DNA from: Cyclobacteriaceae bacterium HetDA_MAG_MS6
GTDB taxonomy: Bacteria > Bacteroidota > Bacteroidia > Cytophagales > Cyclobacteriaceae
DNA: 56,942 bases
NCBI GenBank assembly: GCA_019192485.1
Contig: JAHCMJ010000001.1
Span: forward strand, 1-56,942
Reading direction: 5' to 3'
This document shows, piece by piece, positions 27,961 to 39,457 of the stretch. The position numbers and the translations under genes are program-made. Below the pieces are notes generated by a model, which was not told the origin of the DNA, did no database searches, and was given only the letters and a program-made list of their open reading frames with translations. The first letter of the stretch is position 1. Every line of letters begins with the position of its first letter.

Positions 27961-29073
27961 TTGTTTTCTCTCGATCCAATAGATCTTATTATCGTGCTCG
28001 GCATTGGCCAGGGATTACTTATGGCCATAGGCCTTCAAACACTCAAATCAAGGAATAAAGGTGCTTCAAATGCCTTGTCGCTGATTCTTCTTATGGCATG
28101 TTGTATGCTGATTGGACGATTTGTCTATACGGTTCATAAAATAGATGCAGTTAGGCACTGGAGCCTTTTACCGGATGCCGTGATTTTCTTACTTGGCCCT
28201 GTGAGTTACGTTTACCTCAATCGGCTACTTTTCAAAAACAATCAACACTTCCAATTGCCACTGGTCCATTATTTACCTGTAGCCATACATATAATCATCT
28301 TCTTATTCTTCCTGCTTGGCTTTTCTGCCAAAGAATACACGCAACTAATCAGGGCAGGAGAGCTTTCGACATTATTCCGCTTTATAGGCGGAAGCGCTAT
28401 TGTTTTAAACCTGTATTATTGGCTTAAGAATTTGAGGTTGATCTCATATTACACTAAAAGAGAAAAGGAGGTCTTATCCTTTCCTCAAAGTCCCATTCTT
28501 TACCTTAATCTATTTGTGGGTGTCATTTTCTCCTGCATTCTAGTTTGGTTTACAGGTTATGTCACCTCCTTTTTCTTCAAAAGGCTCTCCAACCTTATTG
28601 GCTACGACCTGATATGGATCGTGATTCCCATTTTAACATATGTCATTGGGTTCTTCCATCTTATTCAACCTGAATTACTCCAGGTCAACCAAACTCATCC
28701 CAGCAGTCACAAAGATCGTCTGGATCAAGATGAGATTACTAGAATCCAGAAAATTTTGGCCAAGGCTTTGGAAGAGAGAATATATGACAATCCAGACCTG
28801 ACACTTAGTGATCTGGCAAATTATATTGGTATTTCCAATCATAAATTGTCATGGCTGCTCAACAATATCTACCACTCCAATTTCTACCAGTTTGTCAACA
28901 AACATAGAGTGGAGCAATTCATGAGAAGGGTAAACAATGGCGATCATCTTAAGCAAACTTTGCTTTCGTTATCTTACGAAGTAGGGTTCAAATCCAAATC
29001 TACTTTTAATAAGGTTTTCAAAGAAGTCAACCAGACAACTCCCAGCGAATACATCAAGCAGCAAGACCCTTGA
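27961..29073 (+). CDS. Membrane-anchored AraC-type HTH regulator
   Basis: 370 aa with a TTG start. About 6-7 N-terminal TM helices, then an AraC HTH (LTLSDLANYIGISNHKLSWLLN..., VGFKSKSTFNKVFKEVNQTTPSEY). Confidence 0.8.
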   Translation: MFSLDPIDLIIVLGIGQGLLMAIGLQTLKSRNKGASNALSLILLMACCMLIGRFVYTVHKIDAVRHWSLLPDAVIFLLGPVSYVYLNRLLFKNNQHFQLPLVHYLPVAIHIIIFLFFLLGFSAKEYTQLIRAGELSTLFRFIGGSAIVLNLYYWLKNLRLISYYTKREKEVLSFPQSPILYLNLFVGVIFSCILVWFTGYVTSFFFKRLSNLIGYDLIWIVIPILTYVIGFFHLIQPELLQVNQTHPSSHKDRLDQDEITRIQKILAKALEERIYDNPDLTLSDLANYIGISNHKLSWLLNNIYHSNFYQFVNKHRVEQFMRRVNNGDHLKQTLLSLSYEVGFKSKSTFNKVFKEVNQTTPSEYIKQQDP

Positions 29074-29161
29074 GATAGATTCCTAATATGTACTAATCGA
29101 TCCAGACGGTCGACGAGCGGAGCACTTCACACCTATCATTACGGGAAAAAACAGTGTGAAC

Positions 29162-30820
29162 ATGAAAACCCATTTAATGATAAAAGTCAACTCGTTATTC
29201 CTCCTATTTGCCTTGATAGGTCTCACCATTTCAGGATGCTCTGATGATGAGAAAGTTCCTGATCCCGAAATAGATGAAAGCCAACTTGTCGTCCGAAATT
29301 TATCGGTGATCTCTTTAGGGGACCAGCCGGACGCTTCCGCTGTTACTGTGGTATTCGATGCCGCTGAAGATTCAATTCAAGTGCTGTTTTATCAGATCAT
29401 GATTCAGGCAGCTGAGACTCCACTAGACCTGGAAAAAGCCGAACTGCTACAAGAGGATAGGTTTTTAAAAGTGCAACAAGATCAAAGCAATTATGAAATC
29501 ATATTACCAGCTTCATTACCTGACACAGATGGGAATACAATTGAGGTTGGCAGAAATTATCAAGCCTATGTTTTAAGCATCTCAGAGATTGATAGAGAAG
29601 TTAAGGCCACGCTGTCTACTGCATCGAATGTCTTCCAGTTGATCACCTATCAGTCTCTTACCGTAGAAGCACCCTCGGTCTCGGATATTGCAGACTTAGG
29701 TACACCGGCTGATATCACTGTAAGCTTCAACGCACCTATAAATAGCTCATACATCTCCTCATTTAGGCTCTTTATCTTAAAACAAGCCAATAACATCGAT
29801 GTCACCACCGCTTTGTCCACTCCCGCTACTCAATACCTGGAAGTAACCAACAGTCAAAGCAGTTATAACTCCAAACTCCCAGGAGAACTCCTAGACACCG
29901 ATGGAGATGACATAGTTGCCGGCTCCTCATACAAATTGGCAATACTTAGCATGTACCAGGTCGGAGATACTGAAGGAGCCGCGCTAAGCCCATTCTCAGG
30001 CCCATTTGTCAAACAAGCTTTTGACCCTTATAGAGTAACAACTATTTTATCATCCTTTGGAAGCAATGATGGTTTGGACGCCATTAAAATTGGAATAGAT
30101 GGTAACTTTTACGTTTCCAATTTTGGCAGAGGATCAGCAGGCAGACAACTTTTCCAGATTACACCTGAAGGTATAAAGACCGACTTTGCAACCGTGACCA
30201 ATACCCCTCTTGGATTGGTTACAGCACCAAATGGAGATATTTTTATTACCAACGAAAACCGGATCGATCGTATGGAAACGAACGGCACAGTAACACCTTT
30301 TGTAGAGGAGGAAATAAACTTCGGAGGGCTGGTAATGGACGAAAATCAAAATATCTACTGCGGCAACTACCGGCACCAGTATATTTTAAGGATTAATGTC
30401 GAAGGATTAGTAGACACCATAGCTAGTCATGACGACTTGGTAGGTACGGTTGGAATTGCCTACCACGAGCCATCAGCTAGTTTGTTTACTGGAAACTTTG
30501 ACTCTGGAAAAATTCATCAAGTCAGTCTGGACGGTACAGTAACTGAAATTGCTGACCTTACCGGCATAGGATACCTCACAGAGATGAATGGGTATCTATA
30601 TGCCACACTATTTACCGAACACAAAATCGCTAAGGTATCGCTGACAGGCGAAGATGAGATCATCGCCGGAACAGGTAAAAACTCGCAAAAAGACGGACCT
30701 CTGCTATTAGCCTCCTTTGATAAACCCAACGGTATCATAGGAGACGCCGCCACTAACACTTTGTACATGACCGAATGGGGCAAGCCACGGGTAACAAAGA
30801 TCACCCTACCCTTGGAATAG
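29162..30820 (+). CDS. Lipoprotein with two tandem Ig/FN3-like repeats and a C-terminal NHL/SMP-30-like beta-propeller
   Basis: I prefer the ATG at 29162. Lipobox ISGC. There are two modules of about 125 aa with matching landmarks (...SNYEIILPASLPDTDGNTIEVGRNYQAYVLS vs ...SSYNSKLPGELLDTDGDDIVAGSSYKLAILS). The C-terminus has propeller-blade repeats (GNFYVSNFG, GDIFITN, NIYCGN, LYMTEWG). Confidence 0.7.
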   Translation: MKTHLMIKVNSLFLLFALIGLTISGCSDDEKVPDPEIDESQLVVRNLSVISLGDQPDASAVTVVFDAAEDSIQVLFYQIMIQAAETPLDLEKAELLQEDRFLKVQQDQSNYEIILPASLPDTDGNTIEVGRNYQAYVLSISEIDREVKATLSTASNVFQLITYQSLTVEAPSVSDIADLGTPADITVSFNAPINSSYISSFRLFILKQANNIDVTTALSTPATQYLEVTNSQSSYNSKLPGELLDTDGDDIVAGSSYKLAILSMYQVGDTEGAALSPFSGPFVKQAFDPYRVTTILSSFGSNDGLDAIKIGIDGNFYVSNFGRGSAGRQLFQITPEGIKTDFATVTNTPLGLVTAPNGDIFITNENRIDRMETNGTVTPFVEEEINFGGLVMDENQNIYCGNYRHQYILRINVEGLVDTIASHDDLVGTVGIAYHEPSASLFTGNFDSGKIHQVSLDGTVTEIADLTGIGYLTEMNGYLYATLFTEHKIAKVSLTGEDEIIAGTGKNSQKDGPLLLASFDKPNGIIGDAATNTLYMTEWGKPRVTKITLPLE

Positions 30821-30951
30821 TCCGTTTTTCGTAAAAATACGGTAGTGGATGATCTCGAAGGAAATAGGACTGAAATTTTGAGTTACAAATGTTTACCTAA
30901 GCCAAGACAATTGATAACTTGCTCCAATTACTTTGAGAATCTCCACTACCT

Positions 30952-31908
30952 ATGTTTAAATGGTGTTTTATTTCTATTCAGCTACTAATACTTTTTCCGT
31001 TACAGGCTCAGGTAAATGAACAAGCTGTCAAGCAATTTATTGCTGACTTTTCCTCAAAACATCAAGTCGATAAGACAGAGTTGACCAGAATACTATCAAC
31101 AGCAAGCTACCAGGAGAGCATCATCAAAAAAATGACCAAGCCCGCTGAAAAAATGCCGTGGCATCGCTATAGGCGCATTTTCATGACAGAGGAAAGGATA
31201 CAATCAGGTGTAGCATTCTGGCAGGACCACCTACAAACCCTGCAAGAAGTAAGTGATGTTACTGGAGTACCTGCAGAGGTCATTGTAGGTATAATCGGTG
31301 TGGAGACCTTTTACGGCGAACGTAAAGGCACTCACAAAATCTTAGACGCGCTCTACACGTTGGCGTTTGCTTATCCAAAAAGAGCCAAATTTTTCAAATC
31401 CGAATTAGAGCAATTTTTACTACTATCAGAAGAAGAAGATATCGAACCAACTGAGGCGCTGGGCTCCTATGCCGGTGCCATTGGATACTGTCAGTTTATG
31501 CCCAGCAGCTATCGTGCTTACGCCAAAAGCTTTGAAAAGAATGGAACCAAGGACTTGATCGGCTCACCTCAGGACGCTATCGCTAGTGTCGCTAATTACC
31601 TTAAAGTACATCGGTGGAAAACAGGCCAACAAATCGTATCAAAAGCAAAAGTAGATCCTAACGCGGAACCAACAGGCAGACAATCACTCCGACCTAAATA
31701 TACGTTATCTCATTTTCAAAAGATGGGGTATTCAGCATCTGATATATCATCTGATCGCAAAGTCACATTAATACAATTAGACCTGGAGGACGACCAAGAG
31801 TATTGGTTTGGTCTGGATAACTTTTATGTAATCACACGCTACAACCATAGTGCGCTCTATGCCATGGCCGTGTACCAATTAGCTACCGCTATCAAAGCAA
31901 GGATTTAG
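30952..31908 (+). CDS. mltB: Lytic murein transglycosylase B family protein
   Basis: 318 aa with a signal peptide. Motifs: GIIGVETFYG, GSYAGAIGYCQFMPSSY, YNHSALYAMAV. Confidence 0.85.
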   Translation: MFKWCFISIQLLILFPLQAQVNEQAVKQFIADFSSKHQVDKTELTRILSTASYQESIIKKMTKPAEKMPWHRYRRIFMTEERIQSGVAFWQDHLQTLQEVSDVTGVPAEVIVGIIGVETFYGERKGTHKILDALYTLAFAYPKRAKFFKSELEQFLLLSEEEDIEPTEALGSYAGAIGYCQFMPSSYRAYAKSFEKNGTKDLIGSPQDAIASVANYLKVHRWKTGQQIVSKAKVDPNAEPTGRQSLRPKYTLSHFQKMGYSASDISSDRKVTLIQLDLEDDQEYWFGLDNFYVITRYNHSALYAMAVYQLATAIKARI

Positions 31909-32177
31909 TTATAGTCCTATTCTATTTGATAAAAATCCAATACACTGACCAACGCTATAAAAATGACTTCCAACCTGATGTTTTTGAATCCTTAATAATT
32001 CATCACCCACTGCACTCAATGTCTTTGAATAAATTCTAAATGAGAGACTAATTCATTGAAATTTTTCAAAAACATCCTTCGGTTTCCTTGTCATCAATCC
32101 AAATTTTGTTCTATCTGATTACCTAAAACCTTATTATCTTCGAGGTTCGGCTAAATTAGAAGATTGAAGCGTAGAGC

Positions 32178-35100
32178 ATGAAAAGCGTTACTAGAGAAAT
32201 AAGCAAAAAAACAAAGACTTTATATACCCCGGAGCTAGAACATGACTCGTGTGGAGTAGGCTGCGTTGTCAATATCAATGGACGCAAATCACATAAAACG
32301 GTAAAAGATGCCTTGACCATGTTGAAAAACATGGAACACCGAGGTGCTACCGGATCTGATCCGGAGACTGGAGATGGGGCTGGTGTTCTGATTCAGATTC
32401 CTCATCCATTCTTTAAGCAGGAACTGCGCGAATTTGGTATGAATCTTCCTGATGAAGGCCATTATGGTGTAGGCATGGTGTTCTACCCCAATCACTATAA
32501 TACCCGAGAAGACTGTAGAAAAGTCATGAATTCCTGTATGAGAAAGATGGGATTCCAACTGATTGGATACAGGCTTGTCCCAGTAAATTCCTCAGTCCCA
32601 GGTCATGAATCCAAATCAGTTGAACCTTACATAGAGCAGGTTTTTATTCAGCACAAAAACCCTGATGTGCAAGGAGATGAACTGGAACGAAAATTATTTG
32701 TACTTAGCAATTTCATTTCACATCAGGTAAAACAACAAGTAAGAGGTCAAAATGATGAGTTTTACCTGGCTAGTTTCTCATCTCGAACCATTATTTACAA
32801 AGGACAACTTAAGACCAACCAGCTTGAAAAATATTATCATGACTTGGAGAATGCGGAGTTAAAATCTGCACTAGCCATCGTACATTCCAGGTTCTCTACC
32901 AACACATTTCCTAACTGGAGGTTGGCCCAGCCATTTAGGTTTATTGCTCATAATGGCGAAATTAATACCATCAGGGGCAATGTCAACAAAATGCAGTCAA
33001 AAGAGGCTCTTATGAGCTCTCCGCTGTATTCTAAAGAAGAACTTTCCTGGTTGTTACCTGTCACTGATCCATCCAATTCAGATTCGGCCAACCTTGACGC
33101 TTTAGTAGAATTACTGACACTCTCGGGTAGATCACTTCCACATGTAATGATGATGCTTGTACCTGAAGCCTGGCAAGATAACGAGCGCATGAAGCCACTC
33201 CGCAAGGCTTTCTACAAGTACCACGCAGCAATGATGGAACCTTGGGATGGGCCAGCGGCCCTATTCTTTACCAATGGGACGCAAATTGGCGCAACACTTG
33301 ATCGAAATGGACTAAGGCCGGTGCGCTTCTGTGTGACCTCCGACAATAGATTGATTATGGCTTCGGAAGCAGGCGCTGTGCCCGTGAAAGAAGAAAACAT
33401 CGTTCGTAAAGGAAGATTACAACCAGGTAAGATGCTAATGGCTGACCTGGAAGAGCAGAAAGCCTACAGCGACAATGAGATCAAAAAGAAGGTTTATGAA
33501 AACAAACCTTACTTCGACTGGATCAAGGACAAAAGGATCAAATTGCGAATGCAACCCATTCCTGATCTGGAAGATAAAGTAATTGAGCCAAAACGACTGC
33601 AGACCAGGCAGATCTCCTCTGGAATCACAGAGGAAGACGTCAAGCATATCATACAACCGCTATCAGTCTTGGGTGGAGAGCCAATCGGCTCTATGGGCGC
33701 AGACATTCCCTTGGCAGTCCTATCTCGTCAAAGTCAGCATGTTGCCAATTACTTTAAACAGTATTTTGCACAGGTCAGCAATCCCCCAATAGATCCTATC
33801 AGGGAGAGACTCGTCATGTCCCTTTTTACCCGGATAGGAGAATCACAAAACCTATTGGACGAAACGCCGGAGCACACGCGGCAGGTGCACATTTCTCAAC
33901 CTATCTTATCTCGAGAGGATTTTTACAGGATCAAAGCACTAGCCACAACAGAAAACCTGGATCACTATATTGTTGATGCTACTTTTGATGCCGTAGGTGG
34001 TGAGAGGCTCGAAGATGCCATCGAACGAATCTGCAGAGAAGCGGAGGAGTCAATAGAAAAAGGCTATTCTATTCTTATTATTTCTAACAGAAAAGAGACA
34101 CCAGATCGCGCTCCGATACCCGGATTACTAGCCGTAGGCGCCATACACCACCACTTGGTAGATAAAAAGCTACGAACCAAATCCGGGCTGATCGTAGAAT
34201 GCAGCGACGCCTGGGAGACACATCATTTCGCTACCATGATCGGTTATGGAGCGAGTGGTATCTATCCCTATTTGGTGTACGATACCATCAAAAATGCCTA
34301 CAACCACAACGACCTGGACAACAGCATTTCACTCCAGGAATACTATTCCAGATACATCAAAGGTGTCGGCAAAGGACTACTGAAAATCCTCTCTAAAATG
34401 GGAATCAGTACACTCCAATCTTACCAAGCTGCTCAAATCTTTGAGTGTATCGGTCTCGGACAAGAGGTTATCTCCAAGTGCTTCAAAGGCACCATCAGCC
34501 GTCTAGACGGTTTGACTTTCGATGACCTGGAGAAAGAAACTTTGGTTAAGCACCATGCAGCTTATGCTGATGAAAACAAAAAACTACTGGAAGTAGGTGG
34601 CGTCTATCAATGGAAACATAAAGGAGAAAAGCATCTCCTGAATCCCAAAACCATCCATCTCCTTCAGAAATCTACTAGCCTGGAGGATTATTCACTCTTC
34701 AAAGAATTTACTAATTCCATCAACGATGGTCGGAGTGATATCATTACGATCAGAGATTTGTTTGAATTCAAAAAGAGGCGATCAATACCAATTGAGGAAG
34801 TCGAACCTGCCGAGAATATTTTAAGGAGGTTTGCTACCGGTGCTATGTCTTTTGGGTCCATTTCGCATGAGGCTCACTCCACTCTTGCTATTGCTATGAA
34901 CAGGATCGGTGCAAAAAGTAATAGCGGCGAAGGTGGCGAAGATGAGAGTCGATTTATCAAAAAAACAAATGGAGACTGGGAGCGGTCTGCCATTAAACAA
35001 GCCGCATCAGGTCGATTTGGCGTCACCATCAATTACTTAAACAATGCTGATGAGTTACAAATCAAAATAGCACAGGGTGCTAAACCCGGTGAGGGAGGAC

Positions 35101-36689
35101 AACTTCCAGGGCACAAGGTTGATGATTGGATTGCACGTGTAAGAAATAGTACGCCAGGGGTTGGTTTAATATCTCCTCCCCCTCATCATGACATTTATTC
35201 TATCGAGGATCTTAAACAGTTGATCTTTGACCTGAAGAATTCCAATCCCGATGCACGTATCAATGTCAAATTAGTATCAGAAGCAGGGGTCGGCACAATT
35301 GCTGCCGGAGTTGCAAAAGCCAAGGCCGATGTCATACTCGTCTCTGGGGCTGATGGTGGAACCGGAGCGAGTCCTTTGAGCTCCATCAGACACGCAGGCC
35401 TACCTTGGGAGATGGGATTAGCAGAAGCGCACCAGACTTTACTACGCAACAACCTCAGAAGTAGGGTAGTTCTGCAAACAGATGGCAAACTAATGACCGG
35501 AAGGGACATTGCTATTGCTACGCTCTTAGGAGCAGAAGAATGGGGCATTAGCACTGCCGCACTTATCGTTGAGGGTTGCATCATGATGAGAAAATGCCAC
35601 CTCAATACCTGTCCAGTAGGTATCGCGACACAAAAACCTGAGCTTAGAAAATTATTCACAGGAAACCCGGATCACGTCGTCACTTTCTTCAAGTTTATTA
35701 CTGAAGAGCTTCGTGAGATCATGGCTGAATTAGGCTTCCGTACGATCAATGAAATGGTCGGGCAGTCTTCCGTGCTAAAATTGAGGTCAGATATTGACCA
35801 CTGGAAAGTCGACAGACTGGACCTAACTCCAATTTTGCAATACGAGCAACTGCCTAGCCATATCGGCACCTATCGCCAATTTGATCAGGATCATGAGCTG
35901 GATAAGGTATTGGACAATAAAATCATCAGGGACATCAAACCTTCCGGAGCCTATAAAGAATTAAGCTACTCGATCAAAAACATTGATCGATCAACCGGAA
36001 CGCTACTTTCGAGCTACCTGACGAAAAACAAAAAGGTCTTTGGCGAGCCTCTCAAGGTCAACTTCAGGGGATCAGCAGGCCAGAGCTTTGGCGCATTCCT
36101 CGCTCCAAGTGTGCAGTTCAAGCTAGAAGGTGAAGCCAACGACTACGTAGCCAAAGGATTAAGTGGAGGAAAAATTATTATCAAACCCGACTTGACTTCC
36201 AAATTGGTGCCGGAAGAGAATATCATCATCGGAAATGTATCACTGTATGGTGCTACTTCTGGAGAGGTCTACATCAATGGTCAGGCTGGAGAAAGGTTTT
36301 GCGTTAGGAATTCCGGAGCGGAAGCTGTCGTAGAAGGCATAGGAGACCATGGATGCGAGTACATGACAGGCGGGCTGGCAGTCATCTTGGGCGATGTTGG
36401 AAACAATTTCGGCGCAGGTATGAGCGGTGGTATAGCTTATGTCCTCGATTCAAACAAGAAGTTTGAGAAGCGATGTAATCTGGAAATGATTGGGTTAGAA
36501 GCCCTGGATACCAATGACGTTGAATTAGTAAAAGGGAAAGTCGAAAACCATCTGGATTTTACAGGTAGCCCGTTGGCAAAACGACTCCTGGACGATTGGA
36601 AAAACACGATCACCCAGTTTGTTAAAGTCATGCCGCATGACCTCAAGAGAGTTTTAGAAAGTAAAAAACAAAAAAATCAAGTAGCCTAA
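32178..36689 (+). CDS. gltB: Glutamate synthase large subunit
   Basis: 1503 aa. N-terminal Ntn amidotransferase Cys (EHDSCGVG), the central domain, the FMN domain ([26 protein letters not shown]), and the C-terminal GXGXG beta-helix domain. Confidence 0.97.
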   Translation: MKSVTREISKKTKTLYTPELEHDSCGVGCVVNINGRKSHKTVKDALTMLKNMEHRGATGSDPETGDGAGVLIQIPHPFFKQELREFGMNLPDEGHYGVGMVFYPNHYNTREDCRKVMNSCMRKMGFQLIGYRLVPVNSSVPGHESKSVEPYIEQVFIQHKNPDVQGDELERKLFVLSNFISHQVKQQVRGQNDEFYLASFSSRTIIYKGQLKTNQLEKYYHDLENAELKSALAIVHSRFSTNTFPNWRLAQPFRFIAHNGEINTIRGNVNKMQSKEALMSSPLYSKEELSWLLPVTDPSNSDSANLDALVELLTLSGRSLPHVMMMLVPEAWQDNERMKPLRKAFYKYHAAMMEPWDGPAALFFTNGTQIGATLDRNGLRPVRFCVTSDNRLIMASEAGAVPVKEENIVRKGRLQPGKMLMADLEEQKAYSDNEIKKKVYENKPYFDWIKDKRIKLRMQPIPDLEDKVIEPKRLQTRQISSGITEEDVKHIIQPLSVLGGEPIGSMGADIPLAVLSRQSQHVANYFKQYFAQVSNPPIDPIRERLVMSLFTRIGESQNLLDETPEHTRQVHISQPILSREDFYRIKALATTENLDHYIVDATFDAVGGERLEDAIERICREAEESIEKGYSILIISNRKETPDRAPIPGLLAVGAIHHHLVDKKLRTKSGLIVECSDAWETHHFATMIGYGASGIYPYLVYDTIKNAYNHNDLDNSISLQEYYSRYIKGVGKGLLKILSKMGISTLQSYQAAQIFECIGLGQEVISKCFKGTISRLDGLTFDDLEKETLVKHHAAYADENKKLLEVGGVYQWKHKGEKHLLNPKTIHLLQKSTSLEDYSLFKEFTNSINDGRSDIITIRDLFEFKKRRSIPIEEVEPAENILRRFATGAMSFGSISHEAHSTLAIAMNRIGAKSNSGEGGEDESRFIKKTNGDWERSAIKQAASGRFGVTINYLNNADELQIKIAQGAKPGEGGQLPGHKVDDWIARVRNSTPGVGLISPPPHHDIYSIEDLKQLIFDLKNSNPDARINVKLVSEAGVGTIAAGVAKAKADVILVSGADGGTGASPLSSIRHAGLPWEMGLAEAHQTLLRNNLRSRVVLQTDGKLMTGRDIAIATLLGAEEWGISTAALIVEGCIMMRKCHLNTCPVGIATQKPELRKLFTGNPDHVVTFFKFITEELREIMAELGFRTINEMVGQSSVLKLRSDIDHWKVDRLDLTPILQYEQLPSHIGTYRQFDQDHELDKVLDNKIIRDIKPSGAYKELSYSIKNIDRSTGTLLSSYLTKNKKVFGEPLKVNFRGSAGQSFGAFLAPSVQFKLEGEANDYVAKGLSGGKIIIKPDLTSKLVPEENIIIGNVSLYGATSGEVYINGQAGERFCVRNSGAEAVVEGIGDHGCEYMTGGLAVILGDVGNNFGAGMSGGIAYVLDSNKKFEKRCNLEMIGLEALDTNDVELVKGKVENHLDFTGSPLAKRLLDDWKNTITQFVKVMPHDLKRVLESKKQKNQVA

Positions 36690-38134
36690 TGGGAAGTGTA
36701 GAAGGATTTTTAAAAGTAGATCGAGAACTACCAAAGTCTAAGCCACCACAAGATCGAATTGGTGATTACAAGGAAATCTATCAGCCTCATGCTGAGGAGC
36801 TTACCGTGGACCAAGCTAGCAGATGCATGGATTGCGGTGTACCATTTTGTCATAATGGATGTCCTCTTGGAAATTTTATTCCGGACTTCAACGATGCAGT
36901 GTACCGACAGTCCTGGGAAAAGGCAGCAGAACTTTTACTAGCTACCAATAACTTCCCGGAATTTACAGGCAGAATATGCCCTGCCCCCTGTGAGGGTTCA
37001 TGTGTATTGGGTATCAACAAGCCTCCTGTTGCTATAGAGCATATTGAAAAATCAATTATCGAAAAGGCCTATGAACTAGGCTTAATCAAGCCACAACCTC
37101 CTACCCAACGAATCGATAAAAAAGTTGCAATTATTGGGTCTGGTCCTGCTGGACTTGCAGCCGCCGATCAGCTCAACAAGGCCGGCTACCAAGTCACTAT
37201 ATATGAAAGAGATAAAAAACCTGGTGGGCTTTTGCGATTTGGCATCCCCGATTTCAAATTGGAAAAGTGGGTGGTTGAGCGACGAGTTTCTGCACTGGAA
37301 GCAGAGGGAATCGAGTTTGTCACCGAATGTAATGTAGGTGTGGATATCACGGGTGACGAGTTAAAACTTAAATACGATGCTGTTGTACTATGCGGAGGAT
37401 CAACCATCCCCAGGGATGTCAGCATTACTGGACGGGAACTCAAAGGAGTTCATTTTGCAATGGAGTTTCTGACTCAACAAAATAAAAGAGTATCCGAAAT
37501 ACCATTTGAAGAGGAGGATATTCTTGCGACAGGAAAAGATGTCATCGTAATAGGTGGAGGAGATACCGGTTCCGATTGCATCGGCACATCAAACAGACAT
37601 CAAGCAAAGTCTATCCTGCAGTTTGAGTTACTGGATAAACCACCTGTGGGGCGCTCCGGTGCTAACCCTTGGCCGGAATGGCCTTTGATACTACGAACTT
37701 CATCTTCTCATGAAGAGGGCTGTGAGCGCGAATGGTCTATTCTCACCAAAGAATTTATAGGCAATGATAAAGGCGAAATCACTGGGCTCAAGACCGTCAA
37801 AATCGAATGGGACGGTCGCTCATTCAAAGAAATAGAAGGCACCGAACAGGTACATCCATGTGATTTAGCTTTGTTGGCTGTAGGCTTTGTACATCCGCAA
37901 AAGGAAGGACTCTTAGATCAGCTTGGCGTAGCCCTGGACGAAAGGGGAAATGTCTCTACTCGCGGATATCAGACATCAATTGACAAAGTGTTTGCCGCTG
38001 GAGATATGCGACGCGGACAATCTTTAGTGGTATGGGCCATATCCGAAGGCCGTGAAGCCGCCCGAATGGTAGATCAATACCTGGAAAAGGAAAGCAAATT
38101 ACCTTCAAAGCTGGTTTCTGAATATCAGGTCTAA
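36689..38134 (+). CDS. gltD: Glutamate synthase small subunit (NADPH)
   Basis: 481 aa. Fe-S Cys clusters (CMDCGVPFCHNGCPLGN, CPAPCEGSC) and Rossmann motifs (VAIIGSGPAGLAAA, VIVIGGGDTGSDC). Its ATG overlaps the gltB stop. Confidence 0.95.
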   Translation: MGSVEGFLKVDRELPKSKPPQDRIGDYKEIYQPHAEELTVDQASRCMDCGVPFCHNGCPLGNFIPDFNDAVYRQSWEKAAELLLATNNFPEFTGRICPAPCEGSCVLGINKPPVAIEHIEKSIIEKAYELGLIKPQPPTQRIDKKVAIIGSGPAGLAAADQLNKAGYQVTIYERDKKPGGLLRFGIPDFKLEKWVVERRVSALEAEGIEFVTECNVGVDITGDELKLKYDAVVLCGGSTIPRDVSITGRELKGVHFAMEFLTQQNKRVSEIPFEEEDILATGKDVIVIGGGDTGSDCIGTSNRHQAKSILQFELLDKPPVGRSGANPWPEWPLILRTSSSHEEGCEREWSILTKEFIGNDKGEITGLKTVKIEWDGRSFKEIEGTEQVHPCDLALLAVGFVHPQKEGLLDQLGVALDERGNVSTRGYQTSIDKVFAAGDMRRGQSLVVWAISEGREAARMVDQYLEKESKLPSKLVSEYQV

Positions 38135-38382
38135 ATTCTTATTTCTCGTATTTCGAAGTCCTCACCTCTACCAAATTGAGTGAGATCACTCATTCGATAC
38201 TCTTCCAGTGTGGTGAGGTCTTTCAATACGAACTCTTCCCCAGGAAGAATTTTGATAAGTTCGAAACGAAACTCCTCTCCAAAATTTTTTAATCGATATC
38301 GTTCGCCTGTTCTCAGACTACTAAACGCTAGTCCCCTCATATGAGTGCAAAGATGAGTTGAAAATTCGTCCTGATAAAACAA
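38131..38382 (-). CDS. Hypothetical small protein (weak call)
   Basis: 83-aa ORF convergent with gltD, sharing 4 nt. An internal Met (MRGLAF...) at 38340 is an alternative start. I recognise no family. Confidence 0.4.
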   Translation of the reverse strand: MFYQDEFSTHLCTHMRGLAFSSLRTGERYRLKNFGEEFRFELIKILPGEEFVLKDLTTLEEYRMSDLTQFGRGEDFEIREIRI

Positions 38383-38449
38383 CCAATTTGAAAACTATTA
38401 AAATTGATGGATTCCCCCTAATTTTAGGCCACCTAACCCTATAACCACT

Positions 38450-39349
38450 ATGAATCAAAGTAATCTAGAAAAGAAAGCCGCCAAACTATTTTTTCTAACA
38501 TTGTTCTTCTGGTCCTGCGGAGGGTCCGGCAACCAACAAGTAGCTGAAGACGAAGTATCCTTTAGTGATGCAGAGCAAAAAATTGTTGGTGACATAGGAG
38601 CAATTATACATGATTTGCCACCTCCGTCCATAGTCCCGAACACGCTTAAAAAGATCGGTACTGAGTTTGATCCCGACGTGATCAATGACATCCACAAAAT
38701 AAGTGATTACCAAGTCAACGAAGACAAAGCTGCCTTAAACCTGGGGGTATATGCCACGGATGTGGGATATATGATATCCTACGGGCAAGTGCAGCAGTCT
38801 ATGGAAGCTATTGATGCAATTACTAAACTGGCAGAGACCATAGGAGTATCTACCGCATTTGATATGCAACTCATTGAAAAGTACGAAAGGAATCTGGGTA
38901 ATGCTGATAGCCTGACTAAAATCCTCAACGAAACTGTAAGACTGGCAGAAGACCGTCTGGAGCACAGTGACCGACTATCAATGGCCGCATTGGTGCTAAC
39001 AGGTAGCTTTGTGGAGGGCCTGTACTTGGTGATCCGCATTATCGAGTCATATCCATCTGATATCAATGAAGAAACCCGAAACAGAAAATTAGAACCTCTG
39101 GTAAAGATTTTACTTGAGCAGAAAAAGCCCCTGCTCGATGTTATCGCACTGATGAAGGATATCCCCCACGATGATGCTATCCGTAGAATGATCTCAGAAT
39201 TGAGTATATTGAGGTTGCTTTACGACGGCGACCTTGCTGAAATCGAGGCGAGGATGAAAGATACTACCTCTGATTTTGTCATGACAACTGATATGTTGAT
39301 TGACATCACAACTGAAGTGAAAAGGATTAGAGGCGAAATCGTAGAATAG
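38450..39349 (+). CDS. Hypothetical all-helical lipoprotein
   Basis: 299 aa. Signal peptide with lipobox-like FWSC. Coding-like composition, and it is followed by a clean terminator. Confidence 0.6.
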   Translation: MNQSNLEKKAAKLFFLTLFFWSCGGSGNQQVAEDEVSFSDAEQKIVGDIGAIIHDLPPPSIVPNTLKKIGTEFDPDVINDIHKISDYQVNEDKAALNLGVYATDVGYMISYGQVQQSMEAIDAITKLAETIGVSTAFDMQLIEKYERNLGNADSLTKILNETVRLAEDRLEHSDRLSMAALVLTGSFVEGLYLVIRIIESYPSDINEETRNRKLEPLVKILLEQKKPLLDVIALMKDIPHDDAIRRMISELSILRLLYDGDLAEIEARMKDTTSDFVMTTDMLIDITTEVKRIRGEIVE

Positions 39350-39375
39350 TCGTCAGAGGCCTAACTAACCAAATG

Positions 39376-39407
39376 AAAGCATTGGAAATCATTTCAATGC
39401 TTTTTTT
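39376..39407 (+). terminator. Rho-independent terminator
   Basis: A perfect 9-bp stem, AAAGCATTG (39376-39384) with CAATGCTTT (39395-39403), a 10-nt loop, and a T-run continuing to 39407. Confidence 0.65.
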
Positions 39408-39457
39408 ATATTTTTAACTTCCTGTTCCTATCGTTACATAAGCCAATCACCAACTAA

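Noticed and set aside
27344-27979. Three short ORFs (69, 91 and 61 aa) in the 570-bp gap
   Set aside because: They overlap each other or the flanking gene ends. They have no motifs and no plausible signal or TM organisation.
32289-36646. Numerous 60-154-aa ORFs nested in or antisense to gltB, and similar ones inside other large genes such as 17343-20633 and 39458-42460
   Set aside because: They lie within confidently identified long coding regions, so they are typical frame-shadow ORFs.
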